Shown: positions 10,152 through 23,700 of the stretch, one piece after another | Numbering within the stretch: the first letter of the stretch is position 1 | Layout of the letters: every line of letters begins with the position of its first letter | Assembly (NCBI GenBank): GCA_000388065.2 | Contig: KB932201.1 | Origin: Fonticula alba ATCC 38817 | Lineage: Eukaryota; Protista; Nucleariida | Strand: one strand, 5' to 3' | Length of the DNA stretch: 34,381 nucleotides | Translations under genes and position numbers: made by a program | Notes under the pieces: model-generated | What the model saw: only the letters and a program-made list of their open reading frames with translations | Database searches by the model: none | Told to the model about the DNA's origin: nothing

Positions 10152-13100
10152 AGGGGAAGGGGGCGCGCGTGCGCGCGCTCTGGCAAGGATCTGCTCGGAG
10201 GATGGACCGTGGTGTGAGCGCAGGATGGCGACGGTGACGGGGAGAGGGAGCGAGAAAGGGGGAGAGAGAAAGAGCCGGAGGGCGGGGGGGGGGGGGAGAC
10301 CTACAAGCGAGCGTGCGCGATCCAGAGGCAGAGAGGGGGCGGGGGGGAGGGGGCTTTGCGTGGGCGCGCGGTGGTGTTGGTTGGGGAGGAGCGAAGAGGG
10401 GCAGATGTAGCTAAAAAAAGTGGGGGAGAAGGCCAGAAAGGGGAGGAGGGAGGAGGAGGGAGGTCTGTATGACAGTGGGGCGCGATCGGCCCCCCCCGCC
10501 CCGGGCAAGGGGCATGCCGATGAGTCGGGCTGTGGAACCCGGCCGGGTCCGGGGGAGGGGACCGCCGGTCGCCGGTCCGGCCGAGGCGCTGGCCGTTTCC
10601 CCCGCCCCTCGGCCGGGGGCCTGGGAGGAAAAAGGAGCCGGGCCGTCGTCGGCCACAGGGGGGGGCGCCGCCCCCTGTGCCCTCGGTGTACACAACAAGA
10701 CGTGGAGGTCCGAAGGGGGAGTCTCTAAGTGGGGATGATGTGTGCGTGTGGATGCTATGTTTACGGGTGGTGTGGCCGCCACCGCGCCCGCGGGTTGGTG
10801 CGAGTGCGAGTGCGTCTGCAAGTGTCTGGGTGTCAAAGCGGACTCACGCGCACGCGCGCGCGCGCGCGCGCCCACGCACGAGTCCGGGCGAGCCCGGGCG
10901 ACCGCCCATGCCGCGCGTGTGCTCCTCCCCCCCCCCCATCCGGGGAAGCAGCGGGGTGGCTGCGACTGCCGGCGGGCCGCCGGGGCGGCATTGGCATCTA
11001 CAAGTTCTGAGGTGATACGGGGTTCGGTGTGGGAACGGCCCCTCGTGTTTAGGGGTAGTCCCGGGCCGCCGCTATTTTCCCCCGGCCAGAAACCGCCGCC
11101 GGGGGGCGCACGCGCGCGCGCGCGCGCGCGCGTGCTTGGGCTGCCACCCGCCCTCCCGGTCCACGTCCCCCCGCCCCCCCCGGGTCACCGTGGCAGCTCG
11201 GGTCGTGCAGTTACACCATCCTGCTCGGTGGTACCATCGCCAGCGGTGCGTGCCTGTATGGCGGGCGCCTGCCGCGCCAAGATCCTCGCACCGGGGCCTG
11301 CCTGGGTGGATGCCGGCCAGGGGCGGGCCGGGTGGGCGTTCGATTCCCCGCGGCAAGGGCGCGGGGCCGGGCACGGGTCGTCAATTGGCCCGCCGGTGGA
11401 GCCCGGCGCCTCGGCACTCCCCGCCCGCGTCCGGCTTTTCCGGGGAGAGGCTCCCGGACCGGTGCGCCCGCGCGAGCCCCCCCCTTCCCCCCCCCCCGAC
11501 CGGGATACCCGATCTAGCAGGCACCTGCGGCGGCGCGCATGCCCCCCTGGCGGTTCCAGGGTGGCGGTTTTCCCCCGCCAGAGTGGATCCACGCGCCGCC
11601 CCGCGTGCCCTCCCTGGAGATTCGTCGGGAATGTGNNNNNNNNNNNNNNNNNNNNNNNNNNNNNNNNNNNNNNNNNNNNNNNNNNNNNNNNNNNNNNNNN
11701 NNNNNNNNNNNNNNNNNNNNNNNNNNNNNNNNNNNNNNNNNNNNNNNNNNNNNNNNNNNNNNNNNNNNNNNNNNNNNNNNNNNNNNNNNNNNNNNNNNNN
11801 NNNNNNNNNNNNNNNNNNNNNNNNNNNNNNNNNNNGCCGGGGGCGGGAGGGCAGGCGGACGCCGTACCGCGAACCGGGGAGGTGTCTCAGCAGCCAGGGG
11901 GCGCTGGCATGTGTCCGGTGGTAGTGGCGGCGGCGCGCCCGGGGTAGCAGTCGCCCGCGCGGGCCACTCCGCGGCCAAGGGGCGCCGGGGGGCCAATGAC
12001 CAGCGCAGCGCCAGCGGCAACGCGGCGCCATAAGACTCATTCCGCTGCCTGGCCCGCCCGCCGGAGGGCGGAGAGGCCGGGCGCCGGCTGGGGGAGACAT
12101 GTGCTAACACGCGGACATAGGCGCCCCGCCTTTCGGGCCACAATCCGTGTGCGCTCGGCCATTTAGGCACCCAGTGTGGGCAGGGGGGGGGAGGGCGGGG
12201 GTCCAGCCGCGCGCGCGGTGCTCCCCGTGCGACAGTCGTGGCCGCGCCGGCTCCGCGCCCGCCGCGTAGCGCATCTCGACTCGAGCACGCCAGCCGCCAG
12301 GGGCGCCGTCGACCTCCTCGGGCCTCTCTGCCCCCTTGCGCGGAGTCACTGCGCTCGGGCGAGCGCAGAGCCGGCGCGGGGCCCGGGGGCTCTCGCCGCG
12401 CGGCCGGGCCCTGCCCTGCAGGGGGAGGCCCGGGGGTTGGTCCTTCCGGCGCGTCAGTTTTTCCGATGGCCGGCCCGGCCCTCACGGAGAGGGGGGCAGA
12501 AACCCCGGGCCTCCACTTGTGCCTCCCCCCCCCCACGGGGTTCGCTAGGGCCACCAGTGTGCTCCAACATGCCCCGGCGTGGGGGCGCGGCCAGATGGAA
12601 CGCTCCTATCCCCGAGGGCGCCCCTGCGGGGAAAAGGGGAACCCTGGCATGGCCGCCGCCACTTTTGGCGCCCGGGGCGGCGGCGGCGGCGGCGGCGGCG
12701 GCGGGGGGGCATCCAGGCGCTGGTGCAGTCCTACAGCACCCCAGAGGGCAGCCAACTTGCAGGGAGATGGTCCCCTCAGTCCCCCCCCCCGCAGCCAGCA
12801 CCCCCCAGCCACACGGCCGGTGGACACCGACGAGCGGCCCGGGCCCGGGGGGGGGAGGCGGGACCCATGCGCGTCATCCGGCCTGGCCGCGCGCATCCAC
12901 GCGCCCCCGTTCACGGGCGGCCACGGGCCACGAAACCCCGCCCGAGCCGCCGGGGCTGCCATGACGGTGGGCGAGTGCGGCCACGGGCCGCAGGGCGCGC
13001 GCGCGCCTTGCTGCCCCAGCAGCCTCCCCCCCGGCCTGTGCCCCTCCACCCCCGGCCGACCGGGGCGTCGGTCTTCGACGGACAACCCCAAGTCTCAGGA

Positions 13101-14003
13101 CGCCCAGGGGGGATGGGGCGCGCGCGCGCGTGCTTCAAACGCGGCGGGGCGACGTTGGACCCCCGCTGTCTCCGCGGCGTCCTCTCGCGCGCTCGAGCCG
13201 CGGCCAACCACTCTGCTGAGGCGCGCGGGCGAGCCCGGCTGCTCCGGGCCCCCCCGCCCCGCCGGGTCGGCTAGCCAAGGAAAGGTACTCCCAACCCTCG
13301 GACACCCCAGCCCCAGTGACCCATCTACGAAGGCAGACCCTCGATGCTGGTGTAGCAACCTTGGCCCAGGCTCATCCCCGACAAGGGGCCGGCGAACACC
13401 CCGGGTCCGGCCACGGCCGCGCCAGCGATTCCGCCCTCCCTCCCCGGCACGGCGCCCGACACTCCGATGCGAACCCCCTTTCAGGGGGAATCCCGCTCGG
13501 GGCCCGGCCGCTCGCGCGCCGCCGCCGGCCGTGCCCCAGCTGCACCGCAAAGCTCCAGCTCAGAGCGAGCACCCGCATGCTCTTCAGATGCCCATTCCCA
13601 CACCCGGCATGCCAATGGACGTGCCTCGCCTCGGGCGCGGTCCCCAGGACCGCCGCTGAGGAGGGGGGAGCGAACAACGGGAATAGAAGCCGGCCGGCTG
13701 GCCCCCCCCCCCCCCGCCAGGGAGAGCCGGCACGCACACACCATGGACACAAGGACAGATCTATTTTTTTTCTCCACTCGGCGCGCTCCCGGCCTCCCCT
13801 CTCGTCCTCGCACACACACACCCCTCTCTCCCGACATGCGTGCAGCAGCAGCAGCAGCAGCAGCAGCAGCACACACACAAGGGAGGGGGAGGCGCAGGAG
13901 GGGAAAGAGAAAGGGTGGAGGGGGAATGAAGCACAATGCCAACACCACACAAGCACGGGGGGCACGAATCCCCTCTCCTTCTCGATCACATATTCTTCTC
14001 CCC

Positions 14004-14036
<33 letters not shown>

Positions 14037-14106
14037 TGCCTCCCAGAGGAGGGAGGCGGGGGGGGAGGGGGATAGCGGGTGCGCACGACGCGCGTCCTCT
14101 GGCGAA

Positions 14107-14984
14107 TCAAGAGTTGAGCATCTGCAGGATGAGGTCTTCCTGGGACTCGAGGGTGGCTGGGATCTCGGCCGGGCGGGCACGCTTGGCCGGCGAGGTGTCC
14201 TCCCCAGCCGGCGAGTAGCCGCGCTTGCTGCCAGCCGGCGACCGGAAAGCATCCTCCTCATCGGACGAGGACTCGTCCCCCGGGGGAGCGGCATCCTCCT
14301 CCATGTCATCCTCATCGTCAGAGCGCATGGCCCGGGCGGCGCCGGCGGCCTTGCGCGCAGCGATCTTCTCGTCGCGCGCCTTGCGCCACTCCTCGAAGGC
14401 CACCCGGGCGCTCTCAATCTCGCCGGCCTCCTGCTTCTCCTTCATCTTGGCCAGGACACGGCGCTCGCGCAGCTTCAGCCTCTGAAGATCCTTGTCCTGG
14501 ATGTCGGCCACCTGCAGGGTCTCCCGCTCGCGAGCGATGTACTCCTGGACGCGCGCGCGGCCCGGGCAGACGTCCAAAAGGAGGGAGGGGGGGAAGGGGG
14601 AACAAACAGTCAGACCAATGCATGCAGACCCTGGGCCGGCCCGCTCCCAGCAAGGTAGGCCGGGGGGGGGGGGGGGGGGGGGGATATGGATGGCGAAGGG
14701 CCGGGAAGGAGAAGATCCCCTCAGGACCCGGCGGGACGGGGAAAGCGAAGGAGCGTAGGGAGGCTCGGCCGGCCCCGGGCCCCGGGGCCGCGTGGCATGT
14801 GCGCACCATTCGAACGCTCTGTTGTCGGTACCACAGCGACTCGCTCGTGTCCGCGCGCCCGGGGCCTGAGACGCGGTCGTGTCCCAGACGCCACGCGTCG
14901 GGGGGCCTGTGCCCGGGGTGGCACCCGCGCGACCCGGGGCACGTCTCCTCTCCCGGCGCGGTGGCGGGACTTTGTGGGGTGCGG

Positions 14985-15022
<38 letters not shown>

Positions 15023-18000
15023 CGATCAGGGAAGAAGGAAGACAGCCGGTGGACACGTACCTCGGCCTGCAGAACCGCGGTGTCATGCTGGAAGGTGGAC
15101 TCGTCCTCGACGAACTTCAGCTCCCGGCCAACGCCCTCCTCGTCGAAGAGGGTGCGCGTGCCCGAGCCGAGGGTCTTCATCCGGTGACGCTTCAGGGTCT
15201 TCAACTTGTCACGGTGCGACTGGGGCCCGGAGGGCAGGAGCTACGCGCGCGACCACGCGGGAATGACGATGCAAAGGGCGATCCGGGCGGGGAGTAAGGG
15301 CGTCAGAAAACCGGGAAGAGCCGCACACGGCGCGAGCCGAAGACACCCCGAAGCGGCACGGCAGTCAAAGTGAGGCTCCCGGGAGCGGGAGAAAAAAAGA
15401 GAAAAAAGAGGAAAAAAGAGGGAAAAAAAGGAAAGCATGCCCATACCTTGATGGCATCAATCTCCTCGGCCAGCTCATGGTCGTGACGCTTGATCTTGAA
15501 GAGATCATCGGAGTCCGAATCGCTGCCGGCGTCGGACGACTCCGAGCCGGAATCCGAGCTGCTGTCATGGATGACATCGCGCGTGGCAGTCAGCCGGGTG
15601 CCCGACCGGCGGAAGAGCTTCTCCATCCGCTGAGAGGGCCGGTTGCGCTGGGGGGGGGGGGGGGGGGGGACCACCACATGGACAGCAAGCGAGCAGGGAG
15701 GCCACATCCGCCCACACATGCACATGCATGCCGAAAGTTGAAAGCCAGTCAGAAGATGATCACCCCCCGGTAGAGCGGCGGCCGAGCAAAGGGGGGAAAG
15801 GGGGGGGGAGGAAGGCACCCGGGCAGGGCGCGCCCACGTACCGGGTTCAAGCCGTCAAGCAGGGGCTTCTTGCCCTCGGCGTCGGAGTCCGAGTCCGAGC
15901 CGGAGTCCGAGCCGGAGTCCGAGCTCTCCCCGCCGTCCGAGTCGGCATCGCTGCTGTCCGAGGCCAGCTGGCCCTTGGCCTCCTTGTCGTCCTTCTCCTC
16001 CGTCTCCTCGATGGACTCCAGGACTTGCTGGATGTCACGCGAGGCATTCTTCAGGGCCTTGGATTTCTGCGAGCCGCCATCGGAGCAAGGGCCACATGTC
16101 AGGAAGGGCCGTTCTCGCCAATGGCCGGCAAAAAAAAAAAAAGAAAAAAAAGAAAGTGCAGGGCGCTTTTTGTTGGGAAAAGGAAAACCACGAACCGTGA
16201 CAAAGCGAATGCGCGGCGCGCCCGGCAGCCCCAGCGAATAGGCGTACTCCTCGAGAGGGAGCTCCGTCACATCGAAGACCTCCTTGTTGGACTTCAGGAA
16301 AATGGACCGGACATACGAGACGAAGGCCTTTGCCATTGGCGGAAACGAGGGAGCGTGGGGAGGGGGAGGGAAAGGAGGGCCCGCCCCCGCGGCGGGGTGC
16401 ATGGTGATGCTTCATGTTAGATGGCCAGAAGAGCACGGGATAGCAAGGCAGTGCCGGCGGCAGGCGGAGCGCACCCGCTGGGCGAGGTACTTCACCTCGG
16501 CGTCCTGCGTGGCGAAGGACACCATTTGCTTGGAGATGGACACCGTATGGGCCGGGTTGATGTGGATCTTCTGCACCGGCACCCGGCGCTCTTCCAGCAG
16601 CTTGATCATGGCCGGCTCCTCGCTCGGCAGCAGCAGCATCATGGACTGCCCGGCCGAGTTGAAGCGAGCAGTCCGCCCCACCCGGTGGATGTAGGTATCC
16701 ACATCGTCCGGGCAGTCCACCTGCACGACCCAGTCGACCGAAGGGAAATCAAGACCGCGAGCGGCTACACCCGGCAAGATGGTGAGAGGGGGGGAGCAGG
16801 AGAGAGAGAGAGAGAGAGGGGGGGGGAGAGAGGTTAGCACGTGCCGAGGAGGCCTCGTCGTGGGGGGAGAAGGGAGGGGGGAGGATTGGCCCGGCCAGGA
16901 CATGGGGAAAAGGGAGAGCCCCGGCCTTGGCGAACGCACCAATGTCGGTGGCGAACAGGACCGCGTGCTCTCGGCGGAGGAAGTCCTCGAAGATGGCCAT
17001 GCGCTTGAGCTGCTTCTGCTTCCCGTGCAGGGCCATGCAGTGAATGCCCGGGCGCAGGCGGTGGAAAGTCTCCTGCACAAAGCGGACCTGCTTGCAGCTG
17101 GAAAGGAAGGCAATGCACTTGATGCGCGGGTGGTTGCGCAGGAAGGAGAAAAGGACATCCAGCTTCTCCGGCAGGGCACAAGTGATGTATGTTTGCTGCA
17201 GCGCCTGGGGAGTGGCATGCGCAGACGCCTCATGCACGGCCACATACTCCGGGTCGTTCATCGACAGCCGGGCAATATCCGACAGGGACTTGGTCTGCGT
17301 GGCGGAGAAGAGCATCGTCTGGCGCTCGCTTGGGAAGTACTCCAAAATGGCGTTCAGCGTCTTGGCGAAGCCCATGTCCAAGATCCGATCGGCCTCATCC
17401 AGGACTTCAAGGCAGAGGGGGCCCGGCGGAGGGAGAGGGCGAAGAGAAGGTGAGCACGACCCGATGAGCATGACCACTGACAGACATGCTGAATGCCAAG
17501 AAAGGGGGAAGGGGGCAGGAAGAGGGAGAGACGAGGGAAACCCCCGGCGCATGTGGAAACATACCCAGCATCGACAGGTTGTCGCAGTTGAAGTCCGGCG
17601 TCTCACTCAGATGCTGCAGCAGTCGACCCGGGGTGCAAATGAGGATATTCATGTGGCGAATGCTGCCGGCCTCGGCCTGCAGGTCCTTGCCACCGGTCAC
17701 CAGACCGGCCGAGAAGTTGTGCTCCCGGCCGACCTTGCGCAGGACATTGAAAATTTGAAGAGCCTATGTCGGAGGGCGTGGACCGGGCGGTCGCATCGGA
17801 AGGAGGGGGAGGAGAGAGAGAGAGAGGGGGGGGGGGGCATGCGTCAGATAGCTGGGAGGGGAGGAGGGCGGGAGGACACCGTGAACGGGCAATGTACCAG
17901 CTCGCGCGTCGGCGAAAGGACGATGGCACCAATACCATCGACACGAGACCAACTCTGCTTGTGCAAGCGCTCAAGCATCTGGAGGGGAAGGGGACAGAGA

Positions 18001-18452
18001 AAGGCAAGTCAGATGGTGCAAGATCAATGCGAGGACCCTGGGGGGGGGGGGAGGACAAAGAGAAAGGCCACAATGAAGACCAGAAGCAAAGGGGGAGAGA
18101 GGGAGAGAGAGAGAGAGAGGGAGCGGGGTGGGGAAAAGCATGGGCAAGCATAACGCACCGGAATCAGGTAGGACAGGGTCTTGCCAGAGCCGGTCTTCGC
18201 CGCGCCGAGAATATCCTTCCCAGTCAGCGCCAGGGGGATGGCGCGCTTCTGGATCTCAGTCATTTTGGTGTACTTGGACTTGGTCAAGCCGGCAATGGTC
18301 TTGTCGCTGAGGTTCAGATCTAGGAAGGTCACCGGGTCAGCCTTCTTGGTGGAGGTGGCGGTCGGAGTAGCGGCCTTGCCACCAAGCCGGTCCTTACGGC
18401 CATCCTTGGTGCGGGGGGCCTTCCCCTTGGAGTGCTGGCGGGCGACCTTCAT
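14107..18452 (-). CDS. DBP4: ATP-dependent DEAD-box RNA helicase DBP4/DDX10 (18S rRNA biogenesis), 10 exons
   Basis: Phase-consistent exons: 18452-18159, 17978-17898, 17763-17565, 17404-16940, 16764-16475, 16327-16196, 16066-15842, 15647-15447, 15240-15061, 14544-14107. Motifs: Q (MTEIQ), I (AKTGSGKT), Ia (SPTREL), [10 protein letters not shown] ([13 protein letters not shown]), III (SAT), V (AARGLDFP), VI ([10 protein letters not shown]). DBP4-type features: [22 protein letters not shown]...KEVFDV...[13 protein letters not shown] and a charged C-terminus. Confidence 0.93.
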
Positions 18453-19298
18453 CGTTGGTGGCGACGGCGATGGATGGGACGAGTGGCTCACAGGAGGGAC
18501 ACAGGAGGAGCAGCGAGGGTGGAAACCGGGGGGAAATGCAGAGAGGACGAGGGGAAAGAGAGAGAGAGAGAGGGGGGGGGGGGGGAGGGGGAACAAAAGG
18601 GGAAAGGCGAGGCGAGGTATTGGGGAACTGGTGGCGATATGGCGTTGGGCCACGCCGGCACAAAAGGAGGCCGCCGAACAGGAAGCAGTCGAGGCCTGCC
18701 AAATTTCGCGTGAGATCTCCTTCCTGGTGTTGCGAGAAGCCTCGGGGTGCATCTGGCGGGCGGGGACGAGCGGAACACCGAGCCGACAAAGGTGAGGACG
18801 GGGGGGGGGGGGGGGGCGACACCACACGGGTGGCACCGGAGGGGGGGGATGGGACGGGGAGCGTGGGCGTCGGGCGAGCCGGAAGCATGGCGCAAGAGAC
18901 ATCACGTGCGCATTCGTGGACATGTGTGTGGTGCTTCAATCGGAGTCTCCGTGTGCTGAAGTCTATTGGGGCGCAGCCAGCCGACCCTGGCCGTGTGGGT
19001 GGGTGGAGCAAGAGGAGGGATGTGCGAATGCGCATGGCAAGAGTATGTACATGGCATGAACACGGATTTACACACACGAGCGCACAGACGCACAACAATG
19101 CTGTGGGCCTGGGATGCGGCACCGGCTGGGGAAAGGGGCCATGGCAAAGGGGAGAAATATCAAAGGAACAAGGGAGAAGGAGAATAACAAGGAGGGGGAA
19201 ACACAAGAGAATGGCCGAAGCCGGGCATATGGACGAGAAAAGGAAGGGGAACGACGAAGGATGAGGAAGAAGGTGCACGTGTGCGCATCAAGAGAAGG

Positions 19299-19304
<6 letters not shown>

Positions 19305-19353
<49 letters not shown>

Positions 19354-19368
19354 AGAGAGAGAGAGAGA
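19305..19368. repeat. (GA)n microsatellite
   Basis: Read directly, just 3' of the LRR gene stop. Confidence 0.9.
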
Positions 19369-19379
19369 GCGCGCGCTTC

Positions 19380-19806
19380 TCAGACGATGCGAACGAGGGA
19401 TGACCGAGTCCCTGCCGCTGCGAGCGACGTCAACAGACGGACATCCCGCGAGGAGAGGTGATTGTGCCGGACATCCACCATCGGCAAGTGGAAGCCCTGC
19501 TCGATGGCCATGCGGTCGCCTGGGGGCACCGGGGCACCTGAGCCGCTGGCGATATCCAACGGGTCCAGGTGGATTTGATTCACCAGTGTGTCGACCGAGT
19601 CGACGGTGATGGTGTTTTCTGTGTCGAGGAACAAGAGTGAAGAAAGTCCCAGGTGTGCATCAGTGGACCATATCGACATAAGGAGGGGAGGAGGGCGAGC
19701 GACAGAGACAGAGAGAGACAGAGAGGTGAGAGGGAGGAGAGAGAGACAGAGAGAGAGAGAGAGACAGAGAGAGAGAGAGAGACAGAGAGAGAGAGAGAGA
19801 CAGAGA

Positions 19807-19860
<54 letters not shown>

Positions 19861-20749
19861 CAGAGAGACAGAGAGAGACAGAGAGAAACAGCTCTGAAGA
19901 AGGGGGCGCAAAAGCAGATGGCGCACCACGCAGGTCGATGGAAGCAACAACAGCCCGGGCTGGGGTGTGGCGCCCGGGGCCCGGGCCGCTTGGCGAGTGA
20001 TGCCGGCTGCCATCGGCGCTGCCGGCGCCAACAGCACCGGCACCAGGGGCGAAGATCGACTCCGACAGGAAGAAGACTGCCCGGTCGTCGATTCGATTGC
20101 CAGACAAGTCCAGATCGCGCAGGGCAAAAACGGCCGACCGGGGCGCCAAGCGCTCGAGCCCGACACAGGACGCCGGCGGCCGAACCTGGCCACGCACGGA
20201 GACCCCCCCGTCGGAGGTCGACCGGTGGGCCGGCACCGGGGGAGGTGGCGGTGTGCCCCGGGGAGCTCCGGCCGCCGGAGCAACCACCGGCGGCAGATGC
20301 TGCCCAGCCAGGGTGGCATCCAATGGAGCAGTGAAACGCGGGAGTTCCCGACGAGCCGCCAGCCGCTGCTGGCAGAACTCCTCATCGGAACAGGTTTCGT
20401 CCCCCGCATTGGGGCAGACCATGTCCTCGAAGCCCGACACCACCGACGGCGGGGACTGACCAGACCGCCAGGAGGACGACATGGCACTGAGGCTGCTACT
20501 GACCCCGCCGGGCCCCGCGTCGACCTCCCCCTCGGGGAAGACATTGATTCCGGGAACGAACACCGCGCTGGCGCGACGGTGTCGGATGAGGGCCGAGCCG
20601 ATGCTCCGGCTCAGAGCCCCGGCCTCCATGCGCTCGACCATGAGACGATCATTCTCCGGCGCATAGACCCCATCAGGGAAGACACCGGTGGGCGATTCGA
20701 TGGTCGTGCCGGCCAGGGGCAGGCCGATTGTGTTGACCACCAGCCCGGG

Positions 20750-20793
<44 letters not shown>

Positions 20794-23700
20794 TCGCCGG
20801 GAACCCCCCCGGCGAGGTGGGAGACCCGCCCGGCACCACGGCGGCCAGTGACAGGCAACTGCCGACCGGGGATTGGCCACTCAGCGGGCTGGCCAAATGG
20901 GCATCCGAGCTGGCCAGCGCCGGCGACAGACTCCCCGGATCGGCCTGCGGACGGAAGGGCGACGTCAACAACAGCGGCCCGGGCGACGGAAGGCCATGGT
21001 CTCCCGACCCGGTCGCCTGCCAGGGAGCAGGTGGCGGCGGAGGCGGGGCCCGCGGCCGCGGGGGGCGATGCGCCCCAGGGCTGACCGCCGAGCGAGACCC
21101 GCCAGTCGGCGACCGAGGGCCCGCCAGGGGATCCACCTCAATCGCCAGGGTCAGAGCCCGGAACAGTTCAATGGCCCCGGTGCTGGTGATGGCGTTGTGG
21201 GAGAGATCCACCCGTTGGAGGGTGCCCCCGAGCTCCGACATGCCGGTCGTCGGGCTGTCGGCCCGGGCCCCAGCTTCCGGGCATCGAGCCAGGGCGCGTG
21301 CCCATTGGGACACACGCAACTGCAGGAAGTCCGCAATGGCACAGGCCCCCCGGTCGTCGAGGCCCACCCCGGCCAGCGAGAGGTCGGTGAGTGCGGCAAA
21401 CCAGGAAGCACTGTTGATGGGCAACGGCAGGGCCAAGCGAACCCGCGTGCCGGTGCCCTCGCCGGGCAAATGCCGCACAGAGGCATTCAGCAGGATGCTC
21501 GGCTCGAGGAGGTGGAAATCCTCATCCTCATCGTAGTCATTGTCATCCTCATCTGCCTCATCTTCGCCGGTCCCGGCATGAAGCCCGGCACCTGATCCCG
21601 GGCCACAGGCGCAAGGCAGACGCTCCACCAGGAAGGCATGCAGGAAGGGCATGTCCTCGGCATCCGAGTCCAAGAAGGCGAATGGCGAATCCTCCGGGTA
21701 GATGATGCTGGTGGCACGAGACAGGGCCGGGCCGGCACGGCCGGCCGCCCGCTCTTGGAGGAAGGCCGCCTCCGAGGGCATCCGACGTGCCGGGTGGCAC
21801 CGATGCCAGGCGGAGCAGGGCGGTGCCAGGGCCGACGCAATGGCCAGGGCCCCATCCGCCCCGAGGGGATTGTGCGCCAGGGACAGGTGTCGCAGGCTGG
21901 CCGGGGCCTGCTCACAGTGTGCGGAGCAGCCCGTGGCAATGCCCCGGGGAGTTTCGGCCGGGGGCCGCCAGCCCAGTCGGCCAACGGCCAGGAGGGCATC
22001 GGCCAGGCGCTCGGCCCCCTGGCCGGTCATGCGGTTGAAGGGGGCCACCAGGCCACGCAGCCAAAGACGCCCGCAAGAGGGAAGAAGCGTCCCCCGGCGC
22101 GAGGCGGCTCCGAGTGCCGACGATTCCAGCACATCGGCCAGGCAGCCGGCCGCCTGGTCATCCAGCCCGCAGTATGGCAAGGAGAGGGACAAGCCACGGG
22201 CTTCCAAGCGCGACCACTGGTCAGCCCAAGCTTGGCCAAGGGCCGCCTGATCGGCGGCCGAGGCATCTGCGGCCAGACGTGCGTACGCCCGCCCGGCCAG
22301 GCCCTGGGGAGTGGACTGCAGAGGACCCACCGGGCAGGTCGGGGCACAGGAGGCCAGCGCCTCATCCGGCAGGACGATCCCCCGTGGGCCGGCCGAGGTC
22401 TGGCGACTGTTCCGCTGGAGGATGGCCATGTCGCTGGGGCCGATGATCGGGGCCGCGGCCATGTTCAACGCGAAGAACAGGGGGATCAGCCGCGGGACGG
22501 TCACCTGCCGGCCGGAGAGCGACAGATGCCGCAAAGGCAGCGGCGGAGCCGTGGAAGCCGACGCAGCCGGGAGGAACTCAAGCCCAGCCGGCAGGTATGG
22601 CCGGTAGTCCGCGGCTCCGGGCAGCAGGCGCAGCTTGACATGCGACCCGAGCTCCCCGGTGAATGTCCCACTCGGGGCCACGCGCATGGCCAGGGCAATG
22701 ATGCCGGCCGTAGACAGCGCCGTGTCTGGGTGCCGGAAGGAGGCCACGATGAGACGGCCATGACGCCGGCACAGGGCGGAGGGGGGGGGGGGAGCATTAG
22801 CGTGTCGAACAGGGCAAGGAGGAGATGGACGAAGCAGACTCGAAGGGCGTGCGCGCGTACGATCCAGCGAAAAGCCCGTCACGCCGGAGAGCTTGAGGAA
22901 CCCATTGGCCAGGCAAGCATCGGAGATGGCATTCTCGCCCAAGTGCAGGGTGGCCAGGCCCCGGCCGCCGGAGAAGTCGGCATTGGCCGGAGGCTCGTCG
23001 CCAAGACCCTCGCCCGCCGGGTCCACCCATCGAGAGTAGTATCGCATGGCCGCCACCTCTTGGCGGTCTTCGAGAGCGAAGCACAGCGAGTAGAAGGAAT
23101 TGTTGCTCTGGTTGGTGGCTTTGATGGCGAGTTCGGGTCGGTGGTGGGCCGGTGGTCAGTGGCAGGGGTGGGACGGAGACAGAGACAGAGAGAGAGAGAG
23201 AGAGAGAGCGAGGGAAAAGGCGCCCAGAGGCGAAAATGAAAGCAAGCGCCACAGCGTCATGTACGCACAGGTGATGTCCAGCTCCGACAGCAGGGGCAGC
23301 GCCAAGGCCGGGGGCCGGCCCAGGTGCCCGGAAAGCTGGGCAATCCCCATGCCCGAGCCATCGTTGAACAGCCCCCCATGATCGCTGTCGTCTGAGACAT
23401 CGCTGCCAAAGGAGGAGAACCCGCTCCCGAGGTCAGCCCCATCCAGGTACTCGTCCTCGGAGGGGTAGGAGTCGGGATCGTCGTCGCTGCCGGAGTAGGA
23501 GGATTTGGACGAGGTGTCGCCGCGCGAATGGAGCCCACGCCCGGCGGGGGGGTGGCGCGGGGCAAAGAAAAGCCGCGACTTCAGAAAGGCCGGCAGCAGG
23601 GGGCCCGCTTTGAAGAGGGTGTAGCTGAGGTCCAAGCGACGCAGCCCAGGGAAGGGAGCCCCACGCCAGGCCCCATTACAGGTGCAGTCCTCCGGCGAGG

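Noticed and set aside
13270-13365. CCAAGGAAAGG...CCTTGG, reminiscent of SRP RNA helix 8
   Set aside because: Lacks the adjacent AGCAG element and extended helices; 6-bp complementarity is not significant.
11381-13659. Many long Pro/Arg/Gly/Ala-rich ORFs on both strands
   Set aside because: Expected in very GC-rich sequence; no codon-position bias, recognisable domain or consistent splice structure.
19700-19889. Regularly spaced repeat superficially like a CRISPR array or coding repeat
   Set aside because: Intronic (GA)n microsatellite with periodic interruptions; no unique spacers, and the context is eukaryotic.
19580-23056. 1158-aa ORF taken as a single-exon gene
   Set aside because: It reads through a 135-nt in-frame intron (22860-22726) and into a (CT)n intron; the spliced model restores LRR motifs at both junctions.
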